Of a stretch of DNA of 64,000 nucleotides, positions 62,991 to 64,000 are shown in pieces. Under the pieces are notes generated by a model. The model was not told where the DNA came from, ran no database searches, and was given only the letters and a program-made list of their open reading frames with translations. The stretch's first letter is position 1, and each line of letters starts with the position of its first letter. The translations under genes were made by a program, and so were the position numbers. The stretch comes from Nanobdellota archaeon. Its GTDB lineage: Archaea; Nanobdellota; Nanobdellia; Pacearchaeales; GW2011-AR1. The DNA is taken from positions 182,185 to 246,184 of the forward strand of contig JBBSXJ010000004.1 in assembly GCA_038045825.1 (NCBI GenBank), written 5' to 3'.

Positions 62991-63470
62991 ATGAAACTTA
63001 TTGAATTCAAGAAAGTTTATGAAGAAATTAAAAAGAAACATTCTCTTCCTTCATTTGAAGATTTGAATATTGACTTCGACATAGGAAGAATAAGAAGAGA
63101 CTCTGGGAATTTAATAAGAGATATAAGAAGAATAATGATGGAGAAGATTGTTTATTATGTAAGACTTGTAGAGGTCATGGTTAATCCATCACAGGCTTCC
63201 CCTATAATGCTTATGCTTCTAAAAGATATAAACTCTGATGATAAGAAGGTTATAGACTCTGTCATGGATTCATTTGTAGAACTTGAAATTGCTTCACATA
63301 AACTTGATGTTTTATCTGGTGTTGATGAAGAGTCTAAGCTTGTTAATCACATTAACTCTACTTGGAATAAGAAGAGGGGTGAAGTTATGCATCTTGTTAA
63401 GATATTAGAGAAGAATCTTGGGAATAAACCACAGAATTCTAACAAAAAGAGCAGAGATTACTTTAATTAA
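62991..63470 (+). CDS. hypothetical helical protein
   Basis: LPSFEDLN.DF...NP...YFN; start moved to the ATG at 62991. Confidence 0.7.
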   Translation: MKLIEFKKVYEEIKKKHSLPSFEDLNIDFDIGRIRRDSGNLIRDIRRIMMEKIVYYVRLVEVMVNPSQASPIMLMLLKDINSDDKKVIDSVMDSFVELEIASHKLDVLSGVDEESKLVNHINSTWNKKRGEVMHLVKILEKNLGNKPQNSNKKSRDYFN

Positions 63471-63999
63471 TTGAGTTATAAACTTCTTCTAGAGATATTT
63501 CTGCTACAGATAATGGCATGTTTAAATTATTGTTTCTTAATGTTTCTGGGTGAACTTCCCCGAAATAACCTATTTGTTTATCATTAACTAGGATTGCACA
63601 AGTTCTTCCCTCTATTAATTCAGTTTTGCTTATTTCTTTTATTTTATATTCAAGATTAAGCATTTTGAATAGATAATCTAAGTGCTTTTTGATATCTGTT
63701 GCATTTGCTGGTGTAATACTAATAATTAGATTTTCTTTTTCTTCTATTCCATTTTCTTTTTGAGAGTCTTTATTGAATGTTCTTCCTATTTCAAATAATT
63801 TCTGAGGATATTCGCTGTCTTTGTTTTCAGATAATATTCTTAATGATGGGACTAAAAGATTTGGTCTCAGATATTTGTATTCATTTTTTGAGTCTAATAG
63901 CTCTAATGACTCTTTTAAGTTATATTTCTCAACTTCATCTTGTTTTATCAAGTGATATGTTGATATCTCCAACATATCAAGACCTATCAATATTTCAGA
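63463..63999 (-). CDS. pheT: phenylalanyl-tRNA synthetase beta subunit, C-terminal part (runs off the window)
   Basis: LRPNLLVPSL, YPQKLFEIG, EGR and GYFGEVHP motifs. Confidence 0.9.
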   Translation of the reverse strand, partial: SEILIGLDMLEISTYHLIKQDEVEKYNLKESLELLDSKNEYKYLRPNLLVPSLRILSENKDSEYPQKLFEIGRTFNKDSQKENGIEEKENLIISITPANATDIKKHLDYLFKMLNLEYKIKEISKTELIEGRTCAILVNDKQIGYFGEVHPETLRNNNLNMPLSVAEISLEEVYNSIN

Positions 64000-64000
64000 T

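Overview
Low-GC, gene-dense archaeal chromosome segment. Gene content and style (leaderless genes just downstream of TATA boxes, eL15, eL41, FEN1, RFC-S/L, TFS, two CDC48, a Pol II-like PolB, no biosynthetic pathways) suggest a DPANN archaeon, probably Pacearchaeota/Woesearchaeota-like (inference). Core genes are interspersed with about nine small toxin-antitoxin-like cassettes, four tRNAs (Lys, Gln, Glu with a 101-nt BHB intron, Thr), a HerA/DUF87-like ATPase with two inteins, a bacterial-type DisA, and a tRNA-Glu-linked island (FAD oxidase, GDPD, MFS, membrane proteins). Most unusual observations: (1) integrase-free cassettes bounded by diverged duplicates of the 3' ends of core genes; the fen1 tail, including its PIP box, is fused in frame to a small cassette protein, and the cdc48 tail is repeated out of frame behind a second cdc48; (2) a C39/papain-like peptidase apparently split into two separately secreted subunits; (3) a highly structured 150-180 bp non-coding element present twice, 51.5 kb apart, with a 90-bp identical core. 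All family calls come from reading motifs by eye; no database searches were run.
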